From assembly GCA_963743305.1 (NCBI GenBank), contig CAVUPH010000025.1:1-64000 (forward strand): DNA of 64,000 bases, read 5' to 3'. The position numbers were made by a program, and so were the translations under genes. The number at the start of each line of letters is the position of its first letter. The first letter of the stretch is position 1. Positions 38,519 to 48,528 of the stretch are shown in pieces. Below the pieces are notes generated by a model. It was given only the letters and a program-made list of their open reading frames with translations. It was not told the DNA's origin and did no database searches. This DNA comes from an uncultured delta proteobacterium. Lineage in GTDB: Bacteria; Desulfobacterota; RBG-13-43-22.

Positions 38519-40808
38519 GACCGGCCCCCTGTCTGTCGGTCCGGCCGGAATCTTTCCCAAGGCCTGCCAGGACCCGTTCCGGGGTCACCGGATAGTCGTG
38601 CAGCCAAATGCCGACGGCATTGGAAACGGCCATGAGCACCGCCGAAGGCCCGGGCGAGGTAGCCACCTCCCCTACCCCGACGGCCTTGAAACGATGGCTG
38701 GGGATCGGCGTCTCCAAAACCACGTTGTCAATGACCGGCAAATTCGGGAAGGTCCTCCATTTATAATCGATCAGGTTGGCATTGAGGATCTGTCCACTGG
38801 TCCGATCGAGGACCGTCTCCTCAAAAAGGGCGCTGTCGATGCCTCCCGAGCCGAGGCAGCCGTTGAGCTGGCCCTCCAGCCCCGGCGGGTCGATGATCTG
38901 CCCCACGTCCGTGGCGTTGACCACGCGCCGCAGGGTCACCAGCCCGGTTTCAGTATCCACCTCCACTTCCACGAAGGTCATCATGCAATTGGCCAGGGTG
39001 AAATCCGGTTCAAAGCGGCCGGAACCCAGGCAGGTCCGGTCAATCCCCATGGCCTTCCAGGGAATCTTCTTTTCCGGATGCCCTTGAACAAAGACCAGGC
39101 CGTCCACCGTCTCCAGATCTTCCGGTCGGGCCTGGAGCCGGGGGGCCAGCAGATCAAAGAGTTTTTCTTTGGCGTCCTGGGCGGCGGCGATCACCGCACT
39201 GCCGATGGCATAGGTTCCCCGGGAACCCACCGGACCGAATTCATAGGGATTGATCACGGAATCGGGCTCGACGATGGAGATCCGTTCCCAGGGGATTTGC
39301 AGCACTTCGGCGGCCATCTTCATGAGGTTGCTCTTCTGCCCGGTCCCGTGCTCGGTCAGACAGGAAAAGATCAGGGCCGTTCCGTCCGGATGGAGGCGCA
39401 CGTAGGCCTCCGAGGCGTCTTCGCCGATGTCGGCGTTCCCATGGACGCCGACCCCCACTCCGATCCGTTTCGAGCCGTTTACGGCCGTGGGGGTGAGCCA
39501 CCCTTTCCATTTCTCTTTCCAGCCGAAGCGGGCGGCGCCCCGCTCCATGGCCGGGGTGTAGTCGACGCCCCGGTAGGTGTACCAGAGGCCGTCCCGCCAA
39601 AAATAGCCATCGCCGGGTTTGACGTAATTCTTCTTCAGCACCTCGAAAGGGTCCAAGCCGGCCTCGGCCATGGCCAGGGAGAGCAAGGGAATAAAGGCGC
39701 ATTTCAGCTCCTGGCCGCCGAACCCGCGGACGATACCCGAGGCGTTCCGATTGGTACAGACGATCTTCGTCTTGAGATCCCAGTTGGCGCAGCGCACCAT
39801 GATCTGCAGTTCTCCGCAGCCAACAGCCACCTGAGCCTGGGTGGTCATGGAGTACGAGCCGGTATCCACCAGCCAGTCTCCGGAAACGGCCGTTACGGTC
39901 CCGTCCTTTTTCAGGCCCACTCGGGCGCGCATACGTGATCCGGGCCGGAGGGTAAAGGTCGCCAAATGCTCTTCCTTAGTCAAGACCAGCTTCACCGGTC
40001 GGCCGGTGGCCCGGCTGAGGAGGGCCGCTTGGGCTTGCACCAGCCAGGACATCAGCTTGGACCCGAAACTCCCGCCGCAGGCGCCGCCTAGGGTCCGGAC
40101 CTTAACCTCCCGATTAAAAATATGGAACAGGGTAATCTGATCCATGTAGGGGGTCTGGGAGGATACCCAGACTGTCAGCGTATTCGGCTCTTCCCAAAGG
40201 GCCACGGCCCCCGGCGGTTCGGGGGGAATGGGGTTGGGCAGGTTTTCATAGCCGAAGGTCCCCTCGGTGATAACGTCGGCCTCTTGAAACCCCTTTTCCA
40301 CATCCCCCCTGACGACTTCTTTCAGGCATCCGGGTCCAAAAAAAGGAGTGCCGGGGGGCAGCACATTGCCCGGGAACTGCTTGTACAATTGGGGCGCCCC
40401 GGGTTTCAAGGCCTCTTCCACCTCGAAAACGGCGGGCAGGATTTCGTATTCCACTTCGATCAAACTCAGGGCCTCCAGGGCGATTTCTTCCGTCAAGGCG
40501 GCTACCAGGGCCACCGCATCGCCCACCTGCCTGACCTGGCGGTCGAGGACCCGTTTGCAGCGGGGCGTGCCTCCCCTCCAATCCGGCGCGTCTTCCCAGG
40601 TGAGCAGGGCTTTAACCCCCGGGAGCGCCAGTGCCCGGGTCTGGTCAATCCTCTTAATCAAGGCGTGGGGATGGGGGCTTCGCAGCACTTTTCCGTAAAG
40701 CAGGTCGGGGAATTTCAGATCATTGAGATAGGTGGTGCTTCCGGTGACAATCTCCCGGGCATCCCGGCGGGGGAGGTTTTTACCGATATAGCGGTAGGCC
40801 TCGGTCAT
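38515..40808 (-). CDS. Xanthine dehydrogenase-family molybdopterin subunit (frameshift near the 3' end)
   Basis: LRSPHPHA, GGSFGSK, VRGFGGQ, EHGTG, GVGE, PVTPERVL; probable stop overlaps ATG 38518. Confidence 0.9.
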
Positions 40809-40812
40809 GCCC

Positions 40813-41349
40813 TTACTTCCCTCGGGCGGAAACGGACAGGACCGCCTGCACCACCTGGTAGTGGCTGATACAGCGGCAGAAATGTCCGGACAGGGCTTCT
40901 TTGACCTGGTCTTCGGTGGGAGACGGATTTTCGTTGAGCAGAGCCCGGGCGCTCAGGATCATTCCCGGGGTGCAGAATCCACATTGAAAGGCGTTGTGAT
41001 CGATAAAGGCCTGTTGGAGGGGATCCAGCCTCCCTTCCCGAGGGTCCGCCAGTCCCTCGATGGTGGTGATCGCTTGCCCGTCGCATTCCACCGTCAGGGT
41101 CAGACAGGAAAGCCGGGGCTCTCCGTCGATCAGGACCGTGCAGGCCCCGCAGGCGCCGTGGTCGCAGGAGACCTTGGTGCCGGTGAGCCCCAGGGTTTCC
41201 CGGAGGGTGTGGGCCAGGGTCGCGGAGGGGTCGATCTGCCCGAGGCCGCTGCCCACTTCCAGATGAACGTCCTGGTTGTTAACGGTCAGACGGACGCGCC
41301 GGGTTCCGGTGACTTTTTTTCTCTTAGACCTGGTTGATTTAACAGGCAT
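40813..41349 (-). CDS. Mo hydroxylase [2Fe-2S] subunit
   Basis: CDHGACGACTV...SCL, QCGFCTPG, CRC. Confidence 0.93.
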   Translation of the reverse strand: MPVKSTRSKRKKVTGTRRVRLTVNNQDVHLEVGSGLGQIDPSATLAHTLRETLGLTGTKVSCDHGACGACTVLIDGEPRLSCLTLTVECDGQAITTIEGLADPREGRLDPLQQAFIDHNAFQCGFCTPGMILSARALLNENPSPTEDQVKEALSGHFCRCISHYQVVQAVLSVSARGK

Positions 41350-41455
41350 GGTTGGACTCTGAGTAGGTAAATGGTTTTCCGGCGCTTCGGCAGAATTTGT
41401 GGGCGCTGAATCGGTACCTGCCTGACCCTGTTGTCAATCCCGCAAGTAAGGATAG

Positions 41456-41639
41456 GCGTGTACGAGTACGCGTACGAGTAAGGCGCCACTCCTCCTGTTC
41501 CACTATTCTTTTGTCAGGCTTCGCTGCCAGGCAACAAGCATCCGCACGGCATCCGCCAAAAGCACTTTGCCCTCCATCGTTTTCTGCTTCAATTCCGCTC
41601 CTTTTGGGGTTCCGTACTCTTACACTTACTCGTACACGC
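41456..41639. repeat. GTACGAGT-type palindromic mini-element
   Basis: Perfect 13-bp terminal IR GCGTGTACGAGTA/TACTCGTACACGC with hexamer iterations. Confidence 0.75.
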
Positions 41640-41679
41640 AAATGTTCCTGGCGATGACCTGAATATCTTAATTAAAGGG

Positions 41680-41848
41680 TTTAATACGAAAATAGAAGAT
41701 TCGGTGGTTATTCCAGCCCTTTTGAAATCCCTCTAAAGTCCCCCTTTGCTAAGGGGGACTTTAACTCCCCCCTTTGGCAAAGGGGGGCGGGGGGGGATTT
41801 TCATGCTACGGGGTACCCGCCCCGGGCATGGGGGTTTAGTACAAAATT
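41680..41848. repeat. ~170-bp dispersed repeat (copy 2 of 3579-3746)
   Basis: Same hairpin body and the same bounding TTTARTACRAAA motifs. Confidence 0.88.
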
Positions 41849-41888
41849 ATTACAGCTTTCCCCGCTTCCTGGCAAGACGAAAATCAAT

Positions 41889-41948
41889 TTAAAGCGGATA
41901 AAAGGTCTTACCGGATTCCGCCATCTCCCGGATCAGTTCGGCCGGTTG
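41889..41948 (-). repeat. Diverged duplicate of the fadB 3' end (copy of 53007-53057)
   Basis: QPAELIREMAESGKTFYPL* versus QPARLIREMGESGKTFYSNGY*; 42/51 nt by hand count. Confidence 0.88.
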
Positions 41949-41957
41949 GTGCCGAAT

Positions 41958-42185
41958 CACCCATCGCTCAAACCGGAAGCGGTCTTTATGCTTCAGGAAG
42001 CTTTTCTTCGTGGGACTATCTCCCGGGGTGAAATGATCCGGGTTTCCGGGCTGGCCGAAAGGACGGGACGAAAAGTCACTGGGGCAACTGCTGAAAGAGC
42101 GGCTGCTGGTGTCGGATTCACCCAAGGGCGCCGTCCGGTTCGGCATTCCGACACCGGTCGCGGGGTATCTGTTTCCAGACCCATG
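41958..42185 (+). pseudogene. C-terminal remnant of a Fic-family protein
   Basis: LKPEA..MLQEAFLRG...RGE..RVSGLAERTGRKV, then in a shifted frame QLLKERLLVSDSPKGAVRFGIP....GYLFP. Confidence 0.72.
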
Positions 42186-42288
42186 TCCTGGTTTGCCGGA
42201 CGGGTAAAACCGAAGGGCCAAGGCCGGCGGACTTTATTCTTGACTTGACCATTTTATTTGACTACTTTGGACAAAGGAGGTGTATTCT

Positions 42289-42522
42289 ATGAAAACCATG
42301 GCCATTAGTGAATTTAAAGCCCAGGCCTTAAAGGTGATAAACGAAATCGCCCAATCCAGGGAACCCGTGGTCATAACCAAACGGGGCCGGCCGCTGGCCC
42401 GGGTTGTCCCCGTTCAGAAGAGTGAAACCAAGGCCACACCCGGGAAACTTGCCGCTGCCTTTGTTTTCGAAAAAGACATTGTTACCCCGCTAGGGCCGGA
42501 ATTGTGGGAAGCCAGCCGGTGA
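42289..42522 (+). CDS. Phd/YefM antitoxin
   Basis: MAISEFKAQALKVI.EI...REPVVITKRGRPLARVVP. Confidence 0.92.
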   Translation: MKTMAISEFKAQALKVINEIAQSREPVVITKRGRPLARVVPVQKSETKATPGKLAAAFVFEKDIVTPLGPELWEASR

Positions 42523-42917
42523 ATTATCTCCTCGACACGCACACCTGGGTCTGGTGGAATATGCGCCCCCAAAACCTCTCCCGCAGGGTCAGGGACTTGA
42601 TTGAGCAAGAAGACCGTTATGAAGAGCTGCTCCTGTCGGTCATTTCACCCTGGGAGTTTTGCAAGCTGCTGGAAAAGGGTAGGCTCGGGATCGCCGTCAA
42701 CCCGGAGGACTGGATCAACAGCGCCCTGGAAATGCCGAAGCTCAGGTTGGTTCAGCTTACCCCCCGGATAGCCTATCGTTCCACCACACTTCCCCAGCCT
42801 TTCCATGACGACCCGGCCGATCAGATCATTGTGGCCACAGCCCGGGAAGAACAGGCCGTGATTCTCACTAAAGACCAGAGGATTTTAAAATATAAACACA
42901 TTCAAAGTATTTGGTAA
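42519..42917 (+). CDS. vapC: VapC PIN toxin
   Basis: YLLDTHTWVW, SVISPWE, HDDPADQIIVATA, LTKD; GTGA overlap. Confidence 0.92.
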   Translation: MNYLLDTHTWVWWNMRPQNLSRRVRDLIEQEDRYEELLLSVISPWEFCKLLEKGRLGIAVNPEDWINSALEMPKLRLVQLTPRIAYRSTTLPQPFHDDPADQIIVATAREEQAVILTKDQRILKYKHIQSIW

Positions 42918-42956
42918 ACGGTGACCTCCACCGTCCGGCCCTGGCCGGATCCCCCT

Positions 42957-43922
42957 TTACATAATACAATCTTGAACAGCTCCCGGTGATGAGTTCCCGA
43001 ACTGAGGCAGTTGGGCGCCGGGGAACTGCATCCGGCATTCAAGCGCACAGCGAACGGGATTTGGTGAGGTGCTATAAAAAGTCTTCTCCTGTTCCGCCTT
43101 TTCCTTCCTTTCCCGTTCATCGGTTATCCCTTCCGGCGTGTCGTCTTTGGCCCCTAGTTCCCGCGATAACGTCTTCCCGGCATCCGCCACAAGCGGTCCG
43201 CAGCGACGCGCTTCTTCCGCGGAAGCCAGACCCAGAACGGCGATATAGCCGAGGGGTCGGCCGCTGGGACCCAGTACCGGCGCGGCCACCGCGTTGAGGC
43301 CCGGGGTGGTTTCCTCCAGGTCCTCGGCGAATCCATCCCGCCGGCAACGGTCCAGGTCTTTCATGAGTTTTGATTGGTCGAAACGGGACGGGTCCCCGTA
43401 AAAGTAAAGCTTCTTCTCCCTGAGTACATCTCGCAGTTCGGCCTCCGGGAGAAACGAAGCTATGGCCTTCCCATGGCAGCCGTAGGTGAGCGGCAAACGA
43501 TGTCCGACCCGCATGGTTACCACGACCGGACCGGGGCCTTCCCGCTTGGCGGCCACGAAGACGTTTCGGCCGGCGATCAAGCCCAGGGCCGCTGTGGTCC
43601 CGATCTTGCCGGCCAGTTCCTCCAGGATCGGCTCGGCCAGGCGGGGGGCGCTGAGATCGTCGAGGACCTTCCGGGAAAGGGAGATCAGACTGGGACCCAA
43701 AGCGTAGCCCTTTCCTTCTTCATTCTTCCGGATCAGTCCAAACCGCTGCAGCGTCTCCAGAATGGTAAAGGCCTTGCTCTTGTGGATCCCCACGCGGTCA
43801 CAGATTTCGTTGAGGCTCAGGGCCGGGGCCGGAGTTTCGGCGAGACGGAAGAGGATGCGCGCGGCCTGCTCTACGGCCGGCGATACATAGCGGTCATTGT
43901 TTTTCTTGATCGGGTCTTTCAA
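42957..43922 (-). CDS. IclR-family transcriptional regulator (last ~60 aa probably non-homologous read-through)
   Basis: PAVEQAARIL, HTH SLNEIC.RVGIHKSKAF.IL, HGKA, GLNAVAAPV, LSRELG. Confidence 0.9.
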   Translation of the reverse strand: MKDPIKKNNDRYVSPAVEQAARILFRLAETPAPALSLNEICDRVGIHKSKAFTILETLQRFGLIRKNEEGKGYALGPSLISLSRKVLDDLSAPRLAEPILEELAGKIGTTAALGLIAGRNVFVAAKREGPGPVVVTMRVGHRLPLTYGCHGKAIASFLPEAELRDVLREKKLYFYGDPSRFDQSKLMKDLDRCRRDGFAEDLEETTPGLNAVAAPVLGPSGRPLGYIAVLGLASAEEARRCGPLVADAGKTLSRELGAKDDTPEGITDERERKEKAEQEKTFYSTSPNPVRCALECRMQFPGAQLPQFGNSSPGAVQDCIM

Positions 43923-44028
43923 GGAATTGCCCTAAGCTTAATTTAGAACTCAGGTTTTGTATATAGAACTTTCAAAACAAGAAGCTCCTGTCAAGAAAAC
44001 AAATTGACATTCCGATACTAATATGCAG

Positions 44029-44051
44029 AATTACTTTATGTATAAGTAATT
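44029..44051. promoter_or_regulatory. Operator palindrome of the second abrB-vapC pair
   Basis: AATTACTT-N7-AAGTAATT downstream of TTGACA (44004). Confidence 0.6.
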
Positions 44052-44071
44052 ATGAATAAGGGAGTATTACC

Positions 44072-44359
44072 ATGCTGATGGAGGAACACCTGGGCACTAT
44101 TACCCAGAAAGGACAGGTCACCATTCCTCTGGCGATCCGCAAGCTACTAGGGGTGAAATCACGGGACCGGGTGGCCTTCCGTGTCATCGAGGGGCGGGTG
44201 GAACTTGCCCCGGCCACGATGTCTCTGGAAGACACCTACGGGGCGGTCAAGCCGACCGCCCGCCCTGAAAAATGGTCTGAGATCCGCCGCCGGGTTCGGG
44301 AGGAAAGGGTGGGGCTAAGGACCGGCAAAACCATCCGTCCACGGAAGGAAGGCCGCTGA
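44072..44359 (+). CDS. AbrB/MazE/SpoVT antitoxin
   Basis: TITQKGQVTIPLAIRKLLG....DRVAF. Confidence 0.9.
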   Translation: MLMEEHLGTITQKGQVTIPLAIRKLLGVKSRDRVAFRVIEGRVELAPATMSLEDTYGAVKPTARPEKWSEIRRRVREERVGLRTGKTIRPRKEGR

Positions 44360-44766
44360 TGGATTTTTTGGATACCAATGTGATCCTCCGGTACCTGACC
44401 CGGGACGACCCGGTTAAAGCCGAACGTTGCTACGAGCTTTTTCAGCGGGTCGAACGTAAAGAGGTCCGGCTGACGACCTCGGAATCGGTTCTGGCCGAAG
44501 TGGTATATGTGTTATCCTCCCGGTCGGTTTACAATCAAGGCCGCGAACAAGTGCGGAATTTGCTATTGCCGATCGTCTCTCTAAGTGGACTTCTGGTTCC
44601 ACATCGACGCTCATTCTTACGGGCCCTCGAATTCTACGCCGTCACGAATATGGATTTTGAAGATTGCCTTTCCCTGGCCCATATGGAACGGTTGAAAATA
44701 AAAACAATTGTGAGCTACGATCGGGATTTCGACCGGATAAATACCATCCAGCGCCACGAGCCCTGA
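44359..44766 (+). CDS. vapC: VapC PIN toxin
   Basis: FLDTNVILRYL, VLAEVVYVL, DFEDC, SYDRDFD. Confidence 0.92.
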   Translation: MDFLDTNVILRYLTRDDPVKAERCYELFQRVERKEVRLTTSESVLAEVVYVLSSRSVYNQGREQVRNLLLPIVSLSGLLVPHRRSFLRALEFYAVTNMDFEDCLSLAHMERLKIKTIVSYDRDFDRINTIQRHEP

Positions 44767-44987
44767 GCCGGGCGATAGGGAGGCGATTAATCCGGACGAG
44801 TCGAAGATTTGGGAATTCACCCCCACTCCCAAACCGGGCACTTCCCGCGGTGGGCGGGATGCCCGATTAAGAAGTTAAATTAATTTGACAATCTGGAAAT
44901 ATTTTAGATAGGAATTCATGAAGCTCGAATATTGAATTTTTTTATGGACAACCTTTAACCAAAGGAGTGTCGATGGAAGAATATTAG

Positions 44988-45023
44988 ACCCCATTTCTTG
45001 TTTAAAGAAGTGGGGTTTTTTTT
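44988..45023 (+). terminator. Rho-independent terminator upstream of SPARTA
   Basis: ACCCCATTTCT/AGAAGTGGGGT stem followed by a T-run. Confidence 0.75.
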
Positions 45024-45162
45024 AGTGGAGATGATATCGCCGCAGTTCATGGGTGGATGAAACCTGGGTAAGGGATTTTTGGGGAAAGAACCACTGCCGG
45101 ATAAAATGCGAGGTTGCCCCGGGGCAACCTTGCATTGGGACAGAATTGAGGTGCTGCGCCAA

Positions 45163-46525
45163 ATGACACGTCAAACGGTTTTCATAAGCAAGGCCACACC
45201 GGAAGATGATGAATTCGTCTTATGGCTTGCGCCACGGCTGGAGGCTTCAGGGTACACGGTATTTGCAGACATCCTGACTTTGGAAGCGGGCGACAGATGG
45301 CGCAAGGTAGTCACTCAAACTTTGCGGAAATCCGTTAAGATGCTTCTCTGTTGCAAAGATTCAACATTGGAAAAGGATGGTGTACAGGAAGAGATTGGTA
45401 TTGCGTTGGACATAGCCAAAGAAATCCAAGACCCTCGTTTTATCATACCACTTCGTCTTGAACCGTTTAAACGGCTATTCGGCATAGGGGAGATACAGTA
45501 CATTGATTTTGTCGGCAGTTGGGCGAGAGGTCTTCAAAGCCTGTTTGATACATTGGAAAATCAGGATGTCCCGCGACTAAAAGAAAAAATTTTGATTAAT
45601 CCGAACTGGGAGAACTACAAGAAGCGGCTCGCCATAAAGATTGAGGAGTCCCCCGAAATCCTGACCACGAGCTGGCTGAGCATTGCCCAGGTGCCGGAAT
45701 TCATTCGCTATTACCATCCTCCTGGCGCCGTTAACCAGTCGTTGATGCAAAGATGCTGCAACACCAATCCATCCCCTGCCGAAGTCTACCAACGCGGTTT
45801 CTTTTCCTTTGCGCTCCCCGAAGAGGTCAACCGTGATTTTGCCTATGTTGCCAAGTTCGTTGTCCGGAACCGAACACAATCTGATGGAACTTATTGAGAA
45901 CGGCAGCGAATCGCCTGGTATCAAGGCCAACGTCGCCGCTAATCTTGTCCTCTCCATGTTTCGCCGCAGTTGGGAAAGATTCTGCCGTAAGAAGGGTCTC
46001 TTTGAGTACCAATTCTCAGGGTCAATCGGGATTCTTGTTACCAAGGGACAAGTACCCCTTGGCAAGAGAATCCCCTGGGGAGAGAAATCCCTGCGCCGCT
46101 CCGCTATGCTCCGCAATGCCGCCAGTGGAAAGGTGTGGGAATACGGCGCTACGGCGACGCCATTTCTTCGGCCTTTTCCCCATTTCAAGTTCAAGGCCCG
46201 AATTCTCTTTTCCGAACAGTCCGGGAAAGAGGCCGGAGCAGTCATTCAGGACGCAGACAAACAGCATTACCACAGACGAACCATCTGCAGCAGGTGGCGC
46301 AATAAGGCCTGGCATGGGCGGTTCATGGCTTTTCTCGAATTGTTGTCAGGTTCCTCGCCATATATTGAATTGGCACTTGCCGAGTCATCTTCACTCGTCC
46401 TCGACGCACATCCCATTCTTGCGACATCCCCGGTTACAACTCTGTTGCCCGACACCATGCCGGAAGATGCGGAAGAGCAGGACCTTTCAACCCTGGGCAA
46501 CTTTGAAATGGAGGGTGAAGAGTAA
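45163..46525 (+). CDS. SPARTA TIR-APAZ effector (NADase), one frameshift near 45875
   Basis: VFISKATPEDDEFVLWL...GY.VFADI...GVQEEI...FIIPL...IDF..SWARGL matches the Maribacter/Crenotalea TIR-APAZ pattern; APAZ end QH..RR..C..W.N..W. Confidence 0.9.
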
Positions 46526-48079
46526 TGGACCTGCCGGAAAAGCATCTGGAGGTTGTGTATATCCCGGAGCCTGATCTCTGCTTCGGCTACGGTCAGGTGT
46601 GCGATCACCCGAAGGACGGTCTTTTTCTCTATGGTCCCCATTCCGGACCGACGCGGTCGAAAGAAATCTCCATTGGCGTGATCGGCACTCATAATGGTCT
46701 TAAATACTTCCGGAATTGGGCAATAAAGTTAGGGGGCTTCATTCCGATTCCTCCACCCGGCAAGACCGATAAAGAACATCGCTTGCATCTCTCCAATTTT
46801 CCCGGTATGGAAGAAGCCTTCGGTCTTGTTATCAGTCCTGGCGATTTTGTCGAGCTCAAGATCAGTCCGGATGAACTGGATAGAGCAACTAGGACCGCCA
46901 ACCATCATGAGGCGGTAAGGAAGGCAGTTGATCTATACATTCATGAAATCGAACGTTACGACAGGAATGAAGAACGCACGGTAGATATCTGGGTGTTTAT
47001 CCTTCCCGAACTGATTTTCGAGCGGTGCAAGTCACTTGCGAAGCGTACCGGACTTGAACTCGTCAAGGGTGATTTTCTCGAAGAAGCAGAAGGAACGCTT
47101 CGACATGCCGTTGTTTGCTGGGGTGATAGACCAGAGCGATGAAGCCATTTTCGACGATGTCCCCGACTTCCACCGCCAGGTCAAGGCACGGCTCCTGAAA
47201 TTCGGGCATACCTCGCAGCTGTTGCGGGAAACAACACTGGCGCCGGATGAATTTCTGAATAAAGCGAATCGTCCGACACGGCGGCTGCAAGATCCAGCAA
47301 CAGTGGCATGGAATTTGGCTACGGGCCTTTACTACAAGACGCAGCCGGAACCACCCTGGAAGGTGGCCAATGTGCGGCCGGGAGTCTGTTATATCGGCCT
47401 CGTGTTCAAGAACATTCCCAGAGACCCGAATGGTCATGTGTGCTGCGCGGCTCAGATGTTCCTGAACGAAGGAGACGCGGTTGTATTCCGCGGCGCCAAT
47501 GGTCCTTACAAGACCGGTGATTACGAATACCACCTCAAGGCCCCGGAAGCCAAAAGACTCATCTCAAAGGTGCTCGAAACCTTCCGGGATAAGCACGGAA
47601 CTATGCCTGACGAATTCTTTATCCACGGGAAAACGTACTTCAATAACGAGGAATGGGACGCCTTCTGCGAAGTCGCTCCGGCGGGCACCAACATTATTGG
47701 TGTCCGGATCAAGACGACCAGCGGCGATACGAAGCTTTTCCGGAATGGCGATTACCCCGTTATCCGCGGCACCGCACTAAAGCTTGATGAGCGAAGCGCC
47801 TACCTCTGGACAAACGGCTACGTCCCACGGCTGGATACTTACATAGGCCCGGAAACGCCCAATCCCCTCCATATCACCATCCAGAGAAGCACCGGCCTGC
47901 TCCCCGACATCCGAACCGTTTTGGCCGATATCATGGGGCTGACCAAGATCAACTACAACGCCTGCAACTACAATGACGGTCTTCCGGTCACCATACGGTT
48001 TGCCGAGAAGGTGGGAGAAGTGCTGGTTATGGGATCGGCAAAGGATGCGGAGAAACAACCGTTGAAGTTTTATGTATAA
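46525..48079 (+). CDS. Short prokaryotic Argonaute (MID-PIWI) of SPARTA, one frameshift near 47075
   Basis: YIPEP.L.F..GQ....[63 protein letters not shown]...DG.PVTIRFA.KVGE, KFYV. Confidence 0.93.
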
Positions 48080-48528
48080 GTTTGCGAAAAAGAAAAGAGA
48101 CAAGTTGCTTTTGTTGAGCGGAGTGGGGTCGCGTAAAGGTAACTGATTGATCTTAAACACAATATAGGTAAGATCATCCTTTAAAATGGGGCTATTTCGA
48201 GCTTTCGGCCGAATCGGGTCGGACCCAATGCCGTTAACTTAACAGAAAGAGCCTGTTTTTACTATCTTTGATGGCTTCGGGTTCCAGGGGTAACGGTTGT
48301 AGGACAGGGTATTTGCAAGGACGTCCCCGGCGACGCTTTTCAAAGCCCCGACTTTTTCGGCGATATTCCTGTCGATCCTGAGTGAACTGACGGCCCGGTT
48401 TTATAGACACGCGGTGACGGGCACAGGAGTTTATGAAGACTTCCCAACAAGAAAAGTGAGGGTCCGATCCCAATTGTTTCAATGGAAAATACCGCCTTCG
48501 CCGAAAGCATTTGAAAAGGAGGACCACC

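Noticed and set aside
38307-38560. Apparent C-terminal extension of the Mo subunit into the FAD subunit gene
   Set aside because: Explained by a frameshift near 38560; a stop overlapping ATG 38518 exists in another frame.
38517-39938. Long antisense ORFs (e.g. 38517-39938, 5321-6718, 13985-15172, 61882-62922)
   Set aside because: Shadows of GC-rich sense genes; no recognisable motifs.
41339-41657. ORFs with RVRVRV / TRTRTR repeats
   Set aside because: Translation of the GTACGAGT palindromic element, not plausible proteins.
42920-43130. IclR C-terminal extension or a remnant of another gene (possibly a radical SAM N-terminus)
   Set aside because: Only vague similarity across several frames; cannot be supported without a search.
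44964-44987. RBS plus tiny ORF MEEY* before a terminator, as a leader peptide or type I toxin
   Set aside because: Only 4 codons, no regulatory codon run or antiterminator seen; more likely a deletion relic.
45875-47080. Programmed frameshifting in the SPARTA genes
   Set aside because: No convincing slippery site plus downstream structure; similar indels occur in many housekeeping genes of this assembly.
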